Source: SAR202 cluster bacterium
Lineage (GTDB): Bacteria; Chloroflexota; Dehalococcoidia; Lucifugimonadales; UBA6952
Reading direction: 5' to 3'
Assembly: GCA_009392515.1 (NCBI GenBank)
Contig: VFGE01000030.1
Span: 1,633 to 65,632 of the forward strand
Length of the DNA: 64,000 nucleotides
The notes under the pieces were generated by a model, which was not told the DNA's origin, ran no database searches, and worked only from the letters and a program-made list of their open reading frames with translations. A program made the translations under genes and the position numbers. Numbering within the stretch: the first letter of the stretch is position 1; every line of letters begins with the position of its first letter. This document shows positions 1 through 10,210 of this stretch, one piece after another.

Positions 1-46
1 AAAAGTAAGAGTTTGTAATTTATGTAGTGAAATGGTAGATCAGTAA
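1..46 (+). CDS. rplX: 50S ribosomal protein L24, C-terminal fragment (truncated by window edge)
   Basis: Frame from nt 2 reads KVRVCNLCSEMVDQ*, a typical L24 C-terminus, directly upstream of rplE. Confidence 0.8.
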   Translation, partial: KVRVCNLCSEMVDQ

Positions 47-48
47 TC

Positions 49-627
49 ATGACAAGTAAACAAGTAGCAACACCAACTTTATTAAATAAATATCGTCAAG
101 ATATTATGCCTGTAATGATTGAAGAATTTGGGTATAAATCACCGATGCAAGTTCCAAAATTAGAAAAAGTTGTATTTAACGTTGGGGTTGGAGAATCACT
201 AACAAATTCAAATGCTATCGAATCAGTTGTTAGAATGATTTCAACCATTTCTGGACAAAAACCTGTAATTACAAAAGCAAGAAATTCATTGGCAGGGTTC
301 AAAATTCGTGAAGGTATGAGTATAGGCGTTATGGCAACTTTACGATCTAAACGAATGTATGAATTTGTGGATAGATTGATAAATGTTGCCTTACCTAGGA
401 TTAGGGATTTTAGAGGTATACCGACAAAATCATTTGATGGAAGAGGAAACTATTCTTTGGGAATAAATGAGCAAGTAATATTTCCTGAAATAGATTATGC
501 CCAAATAGATAAATTAAGATCTTTTCAGGTTACTGTTGTAACCTCAGCAAATTCAGATAAAGAGGCATTAAGATTATTACAGTTGATGGGATTTCCTTTT
601 ATACAAAATCAAAATCGTCAAAATTAA
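49..627 (+). CDS. rplE: 50S ribosomal protein L5
   Basis: VPKLEKVVFNVGVGE, GQKPVITKAR, RIRDFRG motifs; spc operon position. Confidence 0.98.
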   Translation: MTSKQVATPTLLNKYRQDIMPVMIEEFGYKSPMQVPKLEKVVFNVGVGESLTNSNAIESVVRMISTISGQKPVITKARNSLAGFKIREGMSIGVMATLRSKRMYEFVDRLINVALPRIRDFRGIPTKSFDGRGNYSLGINEQVIFPEIDYAQIDKLRSFQVTVVTSANSDKEALRLLQLMGFPFIQNQNRQN

Positions 628-638
628 CGAGGTAGAAA

Positions 639-944
639 ATGGCAAGAAAAGCTTGTGTAGAAAGAGATAAAAAAAGAGATAGAATGATCGAAAAATATAG
701 TGATCAGTGGGAAACAAATCGCTCTATAGCATTAGATAGTAATTTAAGTTGGGATGAAAGACAACAAGCACGTTTAAACATGGCAAAACTCCCTAAAAAT
801 TCCCATTCAACAAGAAAAAAGAATCGATGTTTCGTAACTGGCAGATCACGTGGTTACATTCGTCATTTTGGACTTTCAAGAATAACATTTAGAGAATTAG
901 CCCTTCGAGGTGAACTTCCAGGTATAAGAAAAGCAAGTTGGTAG
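639..944 (+). CDS. rpsN: 30S ribosomal protein S14, long zinc-independent (C-) form, 101 aa
   Basis: [28 protein letters not shown]...RKASW; only one of the four Zn-ribbon Cys retained. Confidence 0.97.
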   Translation: MARKACVERDKKRDRMIEKYSDQWETNRSIALDSNLSWDERQQARLNMAKLPKNSHSTRKKNRCFVTGRSRGYIRHFGLSRITFRELALRGELPGIRKASW

Positions 945-951
945 GTGCTAA

Positions 952-1347
952 GTGAGTATGACAGATCCTATAGCTGATATGTTAACAGTAATACGAAACG
1001 GTATTCTAGTACGACGTGAGAAAGTTGATACTCCTCACTCAAAACTAAAAGTTTCGATACTTGAAATATTAAGACAAAGTAATTTTATCGATAATTATGA
1101 AATTACTGCGGATGGAAATAAGAAAAGATTACAAATTGGTTTGTTATACGATAGTGATAAACCAGCTATTGAAGGACTGAGAAGAGTTAGCAAGCCAGGT
1201 TTAAGAGTTTATATGAATAACAAAGAACTTTCTAAGTTTTTCGGCTCAAGAGGAATTTCAGTCATTTCCACCCCTGATGGGGTTATGACAAGCCAACAGG
1301 CCTGGAAAAAAGGAATTGGAGGAGAATTGCTTTGCCATGTATGGTAA
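952..1347 (+). CDS. rpsH: 30S ribosomal protein S8
   Basis: MTDPIADMLT, RVSKPGLRVY, IGGELLCHVW. Confidence 0.98.
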   Translation: MSMTDPIADMLTVIRNGILVRREKVDTPHSKLKVSILEILRQSNFIDNYEITADGNKKRLQIGLLYDSDKPAIEGLRRVSKPGLRVYMNNKELSKFFGSRGISVISTPDGVMTSQQAWKKGIGGELLCHVW

Positions 1348-1369
1348 ACAATTTAACTAAGGAGAAAAA

Positions 1370-1915
1370 ATGTCAAGGATAGGAAACAAACCAATACAAA
1401 TACCGTCTGGTGTAACAATTGAGATAGCTGAGAGCATGGTGACAGTAAAGGGACCAAAAGGCGAGCTTTCACAATATGTTAACGATGGGATTATACTCAA
1501 ACAAGAAGAAGATCAAGTTTTGGTTACTCGTCAAAGTGAATCAAAAGAACACAAATCTCTCCATGGTTTAATACGGTCACTTGTTGCAAATATGGTAGAG
1601 GGTGTTTCCTCTGGTTTCGAAAAAACACTAGAATTAGTTGGTGTTGGGTACAGAGTACAACAATCAGGCAAAGGGGTAAATTTGCAATTAGGCTACTCGC
1701 ATACTATTGATGTTCAACCCAAAGAAGGAATAACTTTTGAATTAGAAGGAAATAATTTGATTAAAATACAAGGTATTGATAAACAGGCTGTTGGTGAAAC
1801 TGCGGCAAATATCAGAAAATTACGAAAACCTAATGTTTATACTGGCAAAGGTGTTCGTTACCAAGGTGAACAAGTTAGAAGAAAAGCCGGTAAGAGTGGA
1901 GCTAGCGGTGGCTAA
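1370..1915 (+). CDS. rplF: 50S ribosomal protein L6
   Basis: [26 protein letters not shown]. Confidence 0.98.
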   Translation: MSRIGNKPIQIPSGVTIEIAESMVTVKGPKGELSQYVNDGIILKQEEDQVLVTRQSESKEHKSLHGLIRSLVANMVEGVSSGFEKTLELVGVGYRVQQSGKGVNLQLGYSHTIDVQPKEGITFELEGNNLIKIQGIDKQAVGETAANIRKLRKPNVYTGKGVRYQGEQVRRKAGKSGASGG

Positions 1916-2264
1916 AATAACAACAAAAAAAGGACAAATGATTTCTAGACATGCAAGAGTGCGTAAGAAGGTGATAGGGACATCCCAAAGACCCCGACTT
2001 ACAGTATTTAGAAGTTTAAATAATGTTTATGCACAAATCATTGATGATTCGTTAGGCAATACTATAGTAGCTTCCTCAAGCTTGAAACTTGATACTGGTG
2101 GTCAAAAAAAATCTGAAATTGCATATATTGTAGGTAAAAACATTGCTGAACTTGCTAAAAAAGCAGGAATTAGCAAAGTGGTTTTTGACAGAGGTGGTTA
2201 CAAATATCACGGCAGAGTTAAATCTTTAGCAGATGGTGCTAGAGAGGGAGGAATTGAATTCTAA
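1908..2264 (+). CDS. rplR: 50S ribosomal protein L18 (start reassigned to GTG 1908)
   Basis: [32 protein letters not shown]; in-frame GTG overlaps the rplF stop. Confidence 0.96.
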   Translation: MAKITTKKGQMISRHARVRKKVIGTSQRPRLTVFRSLNNVYAQIIDDSLGNTIVASSSLKLDTGGQKKSEIAYIVGKNIAELAKKAGISKVVFDRGGYKYHGRVKSLADGAREGGIEF

Positions 2265-2785
2265 TGACATTCAACAGAAATAATACAAATCAGCAAGATT
2301 ATCAACCTGAATTTTCTGAAAAAGTTGTTGATATTAAAAGAGTTGCTAAAGTTGTCAAAGGTGGTCGTAATTTAAGTTTTAGAACACTAGTAGTGATAGG
2401 CAATGGCAAAGGTAAAGTTGGTGTGGGATTAGGGAAATCCGAGGCTATACCTGACGCCGTGCAAAAAGCCACATCTGTTGCTCAAAAAAACCTTGTAAGT
2501 TTTGATTTGAAAGAAACTACAATTCCATATCAAGTTGAAGCTAAATATGGTGCAGCTCAGGTTATTATTAAGCCTGCTCCGCAAGGTACAGGAATTCGTG
2601 CCGGTGCTTCTATGCGTGCAGTTTTGGAACAAAGTGGGGTCAAGGATGTTGTTGCGAAATCTTTAAGAAGCCAAAATCCAATCAATGTAGTACGTGCAAC
2701 TATTTCAGCTCTAGGACAATTAAGCGAAAAAAATTCTGGTGCTGAAGAAGTCCAAGATGGAGGCTCTGAAGATGTCCAAAATTAA
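2264..2785 (+). CDS. rpsE: 30S ribosomal protein S5
   Basis: RVAKVVKGGR, PAPQGTGIRAG, SQNPINVVRAT. Confidence 0.98.
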   Translation: MTFNRNNTNQQDYQPEFSEKVVDIKRVAKVVKGGRNLSFRTLVVIGNGKGKVGVGLGKSEAIPDAVQKATSVAQKNLVSFDLKETTIPYQVEAKYGAAQVIIKPAPQGTGIRAGASMRAVLEQSGVKDVVAKSLRSQNPINVVRATISALGQLSEKNSGAEEVQDGGSEDVQN

Positions 2786-2981
2786 GATAACTTTAGTCAG
2801 AAGTACAATAGGTTTGCCTCAAAACCAAAGAAAGATAGTAAAGGCCTTAGGTTTTAGAAAATTAAATCAGAATGTTATTCATGAAAGTTCACCCACAATT
2901 AATGGGATGCTTCATAAAGTTAAACATTTAGTATCCATAGAGGATGTTTCCATTACAGATGGAAAGAAAGGTGGCTCATGA
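2772..2981 (+). CDS. rpmD: 50S ribosomal protein L30 (start ATG 2772)
   Basis: KIKITLVRSTIG...LGFRKLNQ...GMLHKVKHLV; GGAGG upstream. Confidence 0.95.
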   Translation: MSKIKITLVRSTIGLPQNQRKIVKALGFRKLNQNVIHESSPTINGMLHKVKHLVSIEDVSITDGKKGGS

Positions 2982-3421
2982 AACTACATGAATTAAAGCC
3001 TGCCGATGGTTCAAAACGTAATAGAAGAAGAGTTGGGAGAGGAAATGGTAGTGGAATGGGAAATTATGCTACTAGAGGGATGAAAGGCCAGAAATCAAGA
3101 AGTGGCGGATCAATAAAACGAGGTTTCGCTGGAGGTCAATTGTCTATGATTAAGGGGCTTCCTATGCTTAGAGGTTTTACCAATAAGTTTAGAACTGAAT
3201 ATCATCCTGTGAATATCTCATCTTTAAATTCTTTTGAATCCGGTAGTACTGTTGGACTGGAAGAGCTTAGGGCAAAAGGGCTCATAAAAAACGAAAAAAC
3301 AAAAATAAAAGTTCTTGCAAGAGGATCAATTGATGTAGCTTTAACTGTCAAAGCACATAAATTCTCAGAACAAGCTCAAAGTGCAATTGAAAATGCAGGA
3401 GGAAAGATAGAGCTGCTATAA
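2978..3421 (+). CDS. rplO: 50S ribosomal protein L15
   Basis: RVGRGNGSGMG...GQKSRSGG. Confidence 0.98.
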   Translation: MKLHELKPADGSKRNRRRVGRGNGSGMGNYATRGMKGQKSRSGGSIKRGFAGGQLSMIKGLPMLRGFTNKFRTEYHPVNISSLNSFESGSTVGLEELRAKGLIKNEKTKIKVLARGSIDVALTVKAHKFSEQAQSAIENAGGKIELL

Positions 3422-3423
3422 GT

Positions 3424-4779
3424 ATGACTACCTCAGCGTCAAGAAATAAAGGACCGGGAAGACCAGCGTTGTTACAAGCGCTGATTGATTCATTTCGCAC
3501 ACCTGACTTAAGATTTAAAATATTATTTACTCTTGGTATGTTAGTTGTGTTTAGAGCCCTAGCTCACGTTCCGGTTGTTAATGTCGATAAAGGAATGATT
3601 AGCCGTCTATTTGAACAAGGGGACCCTACTGGTCAACTATTAGGATTTTTTGATCTTTTCAGTGGTGGTGGGCTTAGATCCCTTAGCATCATTTCTCTTG
3701 GTGTTTATCCTTATATTACTGCTTCAATTATTATGCAAATAATGAATCCTGTAATCCCGTACCTACAAAACCTTGCAAAGGAAGGTGAACAGGGTAGACA
3801 GAAGATTAACCAAATAACTCATTATATGATGATACCAATAGCCATAGCACAAGGATATGGTCAATTAACTTTAATGAAGCGACTTGGAGGTATTAGTGAG
3901 GAGTCATTTAGTTCGACATTTGGCTTAGACACTATTGCGATTTTGTTATCACTTGCTGCTGGTACTGCTTTTTTAGTTTGGCTTGGTGAATTGATTACAG
4001 AACATGGAATTGGTAACGGTGTTTCAATAATTATATTTGCTGGTATAGTTGCAAACTTTCCAACAGTGATTGGACAAGGGTTTATACAAAGGAATAGTAA
4101 CCTGGGAGGCCTTTTAACATTGGTTATACTAGGTTTGGTTATTGTCTTTTTGATAGTTTTGTTTAACGAAGCACAAAGAAGAATTCCTGTGCAATATGGG
4201 CGGAGCTCCTTTCGAGGGGGGCGTATGTATCGCCAACAAGGTACAAGCTATTTACCTTTGAGGGTAAATTCGGCAGGTATGATTCCCTTGATATTTGCTT
4301 TTTCAATAATGATTTTGCCAGCAACCCTTGCATCCTTTTTTGCAGACCCCACCAGTGAATCAATTGGTGGCAAGATAGCTAATTTTTTTACTGTTACTTT
4401 TTCTCCTGATACAGCCTGGTATTGGCTATTTGTGTTTATATTAGTTGTAGCTTTTACTTTTTTTTACACGATGATTATGTTCCAACAACAAAACCTACCA
4501 GCTACATTGCAGAGAAATGGCGGTTTTATACCAGGAATAAGACCAGGTAAACCTACAGGGGATTACCTTAATCGGTTAATCATACGAATAACTTGGGGTG
4601 GCGCCATATTTCTTGGACTTATAGCAGTAATGCCGTATTTTGCCACATTAATAACAGACATTAAAGCTATTCAATTAAGTTCTGCGAGTCTACTAATTGT
4701 AGTTGGTGTTGCTCTTGATACATTACGCCAGCTGGAATCCCAATTGCTTATGAGAAATTATGAAGGGTTTATGAATTAG
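3424..4779 (+). CDS. secY: Preprotein translocase subunit SecY
   Basis: LGVYPYITASII, GIGNGVSIIIFAGI, FIPGIRPG; multiple TM segments. Confidence 0.98.
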   Translation: MTTSASRNKGPGRPALLQALIDSFRTPDLRFKILFTLGMLVVFRALAHVPVVNVDKGMISRLFEQGDPTGQLLGFFDLFSGGGLRSLSIISLGVYPYITASIIMQIMNPVIPYLQNLAKEGEQGRQKINQITHYMMIPIAIAQGYGQLTLMKRLGGISEESFSSTFGLDTIAILLSLAAGTAFLVWLGELITEHGIGNGVSIIIFAGIVANFPTVIGQGFIQRNSNLGGLLTLVILGLVIVFLIVLFNEAQRRIPVQYGRSSFRGGRMYRQQGTSYLPLRVNSAGMIPLIFAFSIMILPATLASFFADPTSESIGGKIANFFTVTFSPDTAWYWLFVFILVVAFTFFYTMIMFQQQNLPATLQRNGGFIPGIRPGKPTGDYLNRLIIRITWGGAIFLGLIAVMPYFATLITDIKAIQLSSASLLIVVGVALDTLRQLESQLLMRNYEGFMN

Positions 4780-4780
4780 T

Positions 4781-5431
4781 ATGAATAATATTGTTTTTTT
4801 AGGCCTAGCAGGTGCTGGTAAAGGGACTCAGGCTAAAATACTTTCAAATGTTATGAATATCCCTATGGTTTCATCTGGGGATTTGTTTCGTTTTCATTTA
4901 AGTAATGAAACAGCATTAGGTATTGAAGCTAATAAATATATGAGTACAGGTGCACTAGTGCCAGATGACATAACAATAAATATGATTCTTCAAAGAATTG
5001 AAGAAGAGGACTGCAATAACGGTTTTATATTAGATGGGTTTCCAAGAACACTGGAACAAGCAGAAAGTTTACATAAAGCTGTTAATGGAAATATAAACAA
5101 TGTTGTATATATCGAAGTGGCACAAAATGAATTGGTAAGACGGCTTTCTGATAGAGTTATATGTACGATTAAGTCATGTAACGCTATTTTGTCAAAATCC
5201 GATATTATGGGGATGGATTCAAATTGTCCAGTATGTAATGAGCAGAGTTTAACCCAAAGGAAAGATGATTTACCTGACGTGGTTGAAAATAGATTAAAAA
5301 CACAGATCCCTTTAATTAACCAATTATTGGATTACTATAAAAATCAAGAAATTTTAATCAGTGTAGATGGTGAACAGGATGTTGATATCGTTGAATCTGA
5401 GATACAAATCAAATTAGGTATAAATCAATGA
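4781..5431 (+). CDS. adk: Adenylate kinase with Cys4 lid
   Basis: GAGKGTQ P-loop, LDGFPRT, QRKDD. Confidence 0.96.
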   Translation: MNNIVFLGLAGAGKGTQAKILSNVMNIPMVSSGDLFRFHLSNETALGIEANKYMSTGALVPDDITINMILQRIEEEDCNNGFILDGFPRTLEQAESLHKAVNGNINNVVYIEVAQNELVRRLSDRVICTIKSCNAILSKSDIMGMDSNCPVCNEQSLTQRKDDLPDVVENRLKTQIPLINQLLDYYKNQEILISVDGEQDVDIVESEIQIKLGINQ

Positions 5432-5432
5432 T

Positions 5433-5461
5433 TTGGATTAATTGATACTTTGATGTACAAT
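5433..5461 (+). promoter_or_regulatory. Possible internal sigma70 promoter for map-infA-alpha genes
   Basis: TTGGAT-N17-TACAAT in the adk-map gap. Confidence 0.4.
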
Positions 5462-5490
5462 ACCATATCTCGGGAAAAGGGAAAAAAAGA

Positions 5491-6261
5491 GTGAATATAA
5501 TTTTAGGAACACAACAGCAAGGAATAATAATAAAATCTCAGAAAGAGATAGATATTATGCGTCGTGCAGGAGAAGTAGCTATAGGTACAAAAGAAACAAT
5601 AAAAAAAGAAATACGAATAGGTATGACGACAAAAGAATTAGATCTTATTGCAGAAAATCAGATAAGAAGCATGGGTGCCATACCCGCCTTTAAGGGGTAT
5701 AGAGGTTTCCCGGGAACTCTTTGTATTTCTATAAATGATGAAATCGTTCACGGAATTCCTGGTGACAGGGTGTTTCAGGAAGGCGATGTCGTTAGTATTG
5801 ATCAAGGTGCAATTGTTGAAGGGTTTTATAGTGATACTGCTATTACTTTAATTATGGGAGAATCAGACAATAAAACAAAAAACTTAGTTTTAGACACTAA
5901 AGCTGCAATGGAAGCAGGAATAGCTCAGGCAATCCCAGGTAATCGAATTGGTGATATTGCTGCAGCAGTACAAAATATAGGTGACTCAAAAGGGTATGGG
6001 GTGATAAAAGATTTTGTTGGGCATGGTATTGGTCGATCTTTACACGAGGAACCAAGTGTTCCCAACGTTGGTGTGGCTGGAAGGGGCCCAAAACTTGTTC
6101 CGGGGATGGTTCTGGCAATAGAACCTATGTTTACTTTAGGCACATGGAAAACTCGCACTCTTGATGATGAATGGACAATAGTTACAGCTGACAATAGTCT
6201 TGCTGCACATTGGGAACACACCGTTGCTATAACCGAAAATGGTCCAGAAGTACTAACTTAG
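5491..6261 (+). CDS. map: Methionine aminopeptidase type I
   Basis: SINDEIVHGIP, GHGIG, LAIEPM, HWEHTV metal-ligand motifs. Confidence 0.97.
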   Translation: MNIILGTQQQGIIIKSQKEIDIMRRAGEVAIGTKETIKKEIRIGMTTKELDLIAENQIRSMGAIPAFKGYRGFPGTLCISINDEIVHGIPGDRVFQEGDVVSIDQGAIVEGFYSDTAITLIMGESDNKTKNLVLDTKAAMEAGIAQAIPGNRIGDIAAAVQNIGDSKGYGVIKDFVGHGIGRSLHEEPSVPNVGVAGRGPKLVPGMVLAIEPMFTLGTWKTRTLDDEWTIVTADNSLAAHWEHTVAITENGPEVLT

Positions 6262-6282
6262 GGGTGGAATTTAAGGGAGAAT

Positions 6283-6501
6283 ATGTCAAAAAAAGAAACA
6301 ATAGAAGTAGAAGGGACAGTAATAGATACATTACCAAATGCACAGTTTAAGGTTGAACTAGCAAATGGACATGAGGTTTTAGCCCATATATCAGGAAGAA
6401 TGAGAATGAATTACATAAGGGTTTTACCTGGAGACAAAGTTTTAGTAGAACTTTCTCCATATGATTTAACTAGAGGAAGAGTTACTTTTAGATTTAGATA
6501 G
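6283..6501 (+). CDS. infA: Translation initiation factor IF-1
   Basis: [29 protein letters not shown]. Confidence 0.98.
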   Translation: MSKKETIEVEGTVIDTLPNAQFKVELANGHEVLAHISGRMRMNYIRVLPGDKVLVELSPYDLTRGRVTFRFR

Positions 6502-6509
6502 AGGATAAA

Positions 6510-6626
6510 ATGAAAATAAGAGCTTCTGTAAAAAAAAGATGTGACAAGTGCAAAATAATTAAAAGAAATAATGTTGTACAAGTTATTTGTTCAACAACAC
6601 CTAGGCATAAACAAAAACAAGGTTAA
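6510..6626 (+). CDS. rpmJ: 50S ribosomal protein L36, zinc-binding form (not in ORF track)
   Basis: Manual translation [38 protein letters not shown], with GAGG RBS. Confidence 0.97.
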   Translation: MKIRASVKKRCDKCKIIKRNNVVQVICSTTPRHKQKQG

Positions 6627-6647
6627 TAAACTTTGTAAGGAGGAAAG

Positions 6648-7028
6648 ATGGCTCGTATAGCTGGTGTAGATATACCTGATAATAAAAGAATAGAATTGGG
6701 ACTTACGATGATTTATGGCATAGGTCCAACAGCTGCTTCCAAAATACTAAAGCAAGTTCGTTTAGAAGGAAATCCCAAGATTGGCGATATTGAAGAATCT
6801 CAACTTCAACAGATTAGAGAAATTGTAGACCAAGATCACACAGTTGAAGGAGATTTACGCCGAGAAGTTAATATGAATATAAGGCGATTGATTGACATTG
6901 GGACTTATCGAGGAGTTCGTCACAGAACTGGTCTTCCAGTGAGAGGACAAAGAACGAAAACAAATGCAAGAGGTCGAAAAGGTGGAAAACGAACTATTGC
7001 AAATAAAAAGAAAGTAATAAAGAAATAG
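6648..7028 (+). CDS. rpsM: 30S ribosomal protein S13
   Basis: [24 protein letters not shown]. Confidence 0.98.
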   Translation: MARIAGVDIPDNKRIELGLTMIYGIGPTAASKILKQVRLEGNPKIGDIEESQLQQIREIVDQDHTVEGDLRREVNMNIRRLIDIGTYRGVRHRTGLPVRGQRTKTNARGRKGGKRTIANKKKVIKK

Positions 7029-7043
7029 ATATAAGGAGAAATA

Positions 7044-7433
7044 ATGACACAATCTCGTCAGAGGCCTAGAAGAAGAGATAGAAAATCTGTACCAAAAGGT
7101 AATGCTTATATATCCTCAACCTTTAATAATACCATCATTACACTGACTGATTTAGAAGGTAATGCTATAGCATCTGGAAGTGCTGGAATGGTTGGATTTA
7201 AGGGAGCAAGGAAAAGTACTGCATTTGCTGCCCAGAGAGCAGCGGAAGCGGTTGCTAAAAGAGGAATGGAGCATGGTTTAAGAGAAATTGATGTTATGGT
7301 TAAAGGCCCTGGTGCTGGACGAGAAGCTGCAATACGAGCTATACAATCCTCAGGTATAGCTGTGAACAGTATTCGTGATGTTACCCCAGTTCCGCATAAT
7401 GGATGCAGACCTCCAAAAAAGAGGAGAGTATAA
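7044..7433 (+). CDS. rpsK: 30S ribosomal protein S11
   Basis: [27 protein letters not shown]. Confidence 0.98.
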   Translation: MTQSRQRPRRRDRKSVPKGNAYISSTFNNTIITLTDLEGNAIASGSAGMVGFKGARKSTAFAAQRAAEAVAKRGMEHGLREIDVMVKGPGAGREAAIRAIQSSGIAVNSIRDVTPVPHNGCRPPKKRRV

Positions 7434-8024
7434 ATGGCAAGATATACTGGCCCAAAAAATAAAAAAAATAGAAGATTTGGATTACCTTTAAAAAATGGGA
7501 AACCTGATACCAAGAGGACAGGTACTGGAAGAGGGAGACGTTTATCAGATTATGGACTTCAGTTGAGAGAAAAACAGAAGGCTAAATATCTCTATGGGAT
7601 TTTAGAAAGACAGTTCCGTAATTACTATTTGAAGGCTTCAAATCTTGAAGGTGTTACTGGAGATAGGTTACTTCAACTACTCGAAAATCGCTTGGATAAC
7701 GTTGTGTATAGACTTGGTTTTGCAAAAACAAGACCACAAGCCCGTCAGTACGTTAGCCATGGCCACATTCAAGTAAATTCTAAGAAGGTTAATATCCCTT
7801 CTTATCAACTTAAAACTGGTGATCAAATTACATGGAAAGAAAGTTCTCAATCATCTGACATTGTGAAAAATGCCTCAGATAACGCTGGGTTTGAGTCAGT
7901 AGTCCCTACATGGCTAAATGTCGATTCAAGTCGGCTTTCTGGTGAAGTATTATCCGAGCCAACGCTTAGTGATGTTGAATTAATTATTGATACTAGATTA
8001 ATTGTTGAGTTTTATTCAAGATAA
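7434..8024 (+). CDS. rpsD: 30S ribosomal protein S4
   Basis: MARYTGP, LENRLDNVVYRLG, ARQYVSHGHI. Confidence 0.98.
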   Translation: MARYTGPKNKKNRRFGLPLKNGKPDTKRTGTGRGRRLSDYGLQLREKQKAKYLYGILERQFRNYYLKASNLEGVTGDRLLQLLENRLDNVVYRLGFAKTRPQARQYVSHGHIQVNSKKVNIPSYQLKTGDQITWKESSQSSDIVKNASDNAGFESVVPTWLNVDSSRLSGEVLSEPTLSDVELIIDTRLIVEFYSR

Positions 8025-8053
8025 TTAAATTCTTGTAACGACAGGAGGAAATC

Positions 8054-9073
8054 ATGGCAATGATGCCATCAACAGAAGAAGAATTAAATGATTCTATGGC
8101 AGTAATACCAGTATTACTAGTCGAAGAAGAAGACGAAAGATATGGTCGTTTTTCTCTAGGTCCTTTAGATAGAGGTTACGGTATGACTTTAGGTAATCCA
8201 CTAAGGAGGGTTTTACTTGGTTCAATACCTGGAGCTGCCATAACTTGGGTTAAAATAGATGGTGTTTCGCATGAATATACTTCTGTTCCCCATGTTCGTG
8301 AGGAAGTTTTTGAATTATTGCTTAAATTCAAAGAAATAAGGATAAAAGCACTCTCTGATCGCCCAGGAAAATTAAGGCTAGATGTTTCTGGAGAAGGAGT
8401 AATTACAGCCGGAGATATTATGGTTCCAGGCGACTTTGAAATTGTAAATCCGGAACTGTATATTGCAACACTAGATTCTCCAGATGCTCATTTAGTTATA
8501 GAATTTAATGTTGAAAAAGGATCAGGATATATTTCAGCAAATAGTAATGAAGGGTATCCTATAGGAGTTTTGCCCGTAGATTCTATTTATACCCCAGTAT
8601 CAAAAGTTAGTTATGCAGTAGAACCAATGAGAATTGGTCAAGTTACAGATTATGAAAAGCTAATTGTTGAAATTTGGACAGATGGTACTATTATGCCATC
8701 TGAATCCCTCATCGAATCAGGTAATCTTCTAGTAAAAAGTGCAAATTTATTGACAGCAATAGGAACTAGTATTGCAGAAGGTGGGGAAGAAGAATCTTCC
8801 AGTAGTACAAATTCTTCAGTCCCTCCAGAGATTTATAATAGTCTTGTCGATGGATTAGGCTTATCAGCCAGAACTTTAAATTGTTTAAAAAGAGCTAAAC
8901 TTAATCGAGTTGGAGAAATATTAGAAAAAGATAAATCTGAACTAATGCAAATTAGAAATTTTGGACAAAAATCTATGGATGAGCTCTTCGATAAATTAAA
9001 AGAACTTAATCTTCTTCCTGAAGAAAACACTGAAAATGTAGAATCTTCAGATGACGAAGATGCTGAAGAGTAA
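8054..9073 (+). CDS. rpoA: RNA polymerase alpha subunit
   Basis: GYGMTLGNPLRRVLL, LSARTLNCLKRA, RNFGQKS. Confidence 0.98.
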   Translation: MAMMPSTEEELNDSMAVIPVLLVEEEDERYGRFSLGPLDRGYGMTLGNPLRRVLLGSIPGAAITWVKIDGVSHEYTSVPHVREEVFELLLKFKEIRIKALSDRPGKLRLDVSGEGVITAGDIMVPGDFEIVNPELYIATLDSPDAHLVIEFNVEKGSGYISANSNEGYPIGVLPVDSIYTPVSKVSYAVEPMRIGQVTDYEKLIVEIWTDGTIMPSESLIESGNLLVKSANLLTAIGTSIAEGGEEESSSSTNSSVPPEIYNSLVDGLGLSARTLNCLKRAKLNRVGEILEKDKSELMQIRNFGQKSMDELFDKLKELNLLPEENTENVESSDDEDAEE

Positions 9074-9084
9074 AGAGGTTTTAT

Positions 9085-9435
9085 ATGAGACATAGAATAA
9101 AAGGAAGACATTTTAATAGACCTGCTGATCAAAGAAAGGCATTATATCGGTCTTTAGTACGATCTGTAATTATTAACGAAAGAATTACGACTACTGAAGC
9201 AAAAGCTAAAGAAGCAAAAGCTTTAGTTGAAAAATTGATTACCTATGGTAAAAAAGGTTCTTTACATGATAGAAGACAAGCAATGTCTTTTTTACCTGAT
9301 AGTAGGGTTGTTTCGAAAGTATTTGATGATATTAGTCCTAGATATAATGAAAGAAATGGTGGTTACACCAGAGTACTTAAAATAGGAAATAGAAAAGGCG
9401 ATAATGCCCCTATGGCCATATTGGAATTGGTGTAA
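9085..9435 (+). CDS. rplQ: 50S ribosomal protein L17
   Basis: MRHR, ITTTEAKAKE, GGYTRVLK. Confidence 0.98.
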   Translation: MRHRIKGRHFNRPADQRKALYRSLVRSVIINERITTTEAKAKEAKALVEKLITYGKKGSLHDRRQAMSFLPDSRVVSKVFDDISPRYNERNGGYTRVLKIGNRKGDNAPMAILELV

Positions 9436-9445
9436 AAGGATTAGA

Positions 9446-10210
9446 ATGGATAGGAAAATCGCTTTACTAATTGAATATGATGGAACTAAGTATTATGGTT
9501 TTCAATATCAACCAAATTATCCCACAATACAAGGTGAAATTGAAAATGCATTGAATAACCTAAATCTTTCAACAGAACGAATAGAAGGTGCTGGAAGGAC
9601 AGATACAGGTGTTCATGCAAAAGGACAGATAGCATCGTTTGTAACAAATACTAATCTAAATATTAAAGATATAGAATCAGGGATAAATCATTTTCTACCA
9701 TCTGATATTGCAGTTCAGAAGGCTTACGAAACTCCAATAACCTTTAGTCCTAGAAGAGATGCTATTAGTAGAAGATATAGATATACATTTTTAAATAGGC
9801 CTACAAGATCTCCATTATCAGAAAGATATGCATATCGGGTATCCAAACATATAAATGTTGATAAAATGACAAAGGCATTGTTTGCGTTAAAAGGTACACA
9901 CGATTTTGTAAATCTTTGTGGGAAATATAATGGTAGTACAGTTAGAAATATAATGGACGTGAGTATAAATATTGATGATGAAAGACTGTACATTGATTTA
10001 GAAGCAAATGCATTCTTACCTCATCAGGTAAGAAGGACAGCAGGTCTACTTTATCAGGTTGGTTTGAATAAGTTTGATTCAGAAGAAGTTGAAAAACTCA
10101 TTGACATTGATAATCAGATTACTAGACCAAATATACCCACATTACCGGCATGTGGTTTAGTTCTATTAAAAGTTAAATACAAGGATATGTTTGAATATGA
10201 CTATTATTAA
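9446..10210 (+). CDS. truA: tRNA pseudouridine(38-40) synthase (start ATG 9446)
   Basis: EYDGT, AGRTDTGVHA catalytic Asp motif, FLPHQVR. Confidence 0.95.
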   Translation: MDRKIALLIEYDGTKYYGFQYQPNYPTIQGEIENALNNLNLSTERIEGAGRTDTGVHAKGQIASFVTNTNLNIKDIESGINHFLPSDIAVQKAYETPITFSPRRDAISRRYRYTFLNRPTRSPLSERYAYRVSKHINVDKMTKALFALKGTHDFVNLCGKYNGSTVRNIMDVSINIDDERLYIDLEANAFLPHQVRRTAGLLYQVGLNKFDSEEVEKLIDIDNQITRPNIPTLPACGLVLLKVKYKDMFEYDYY

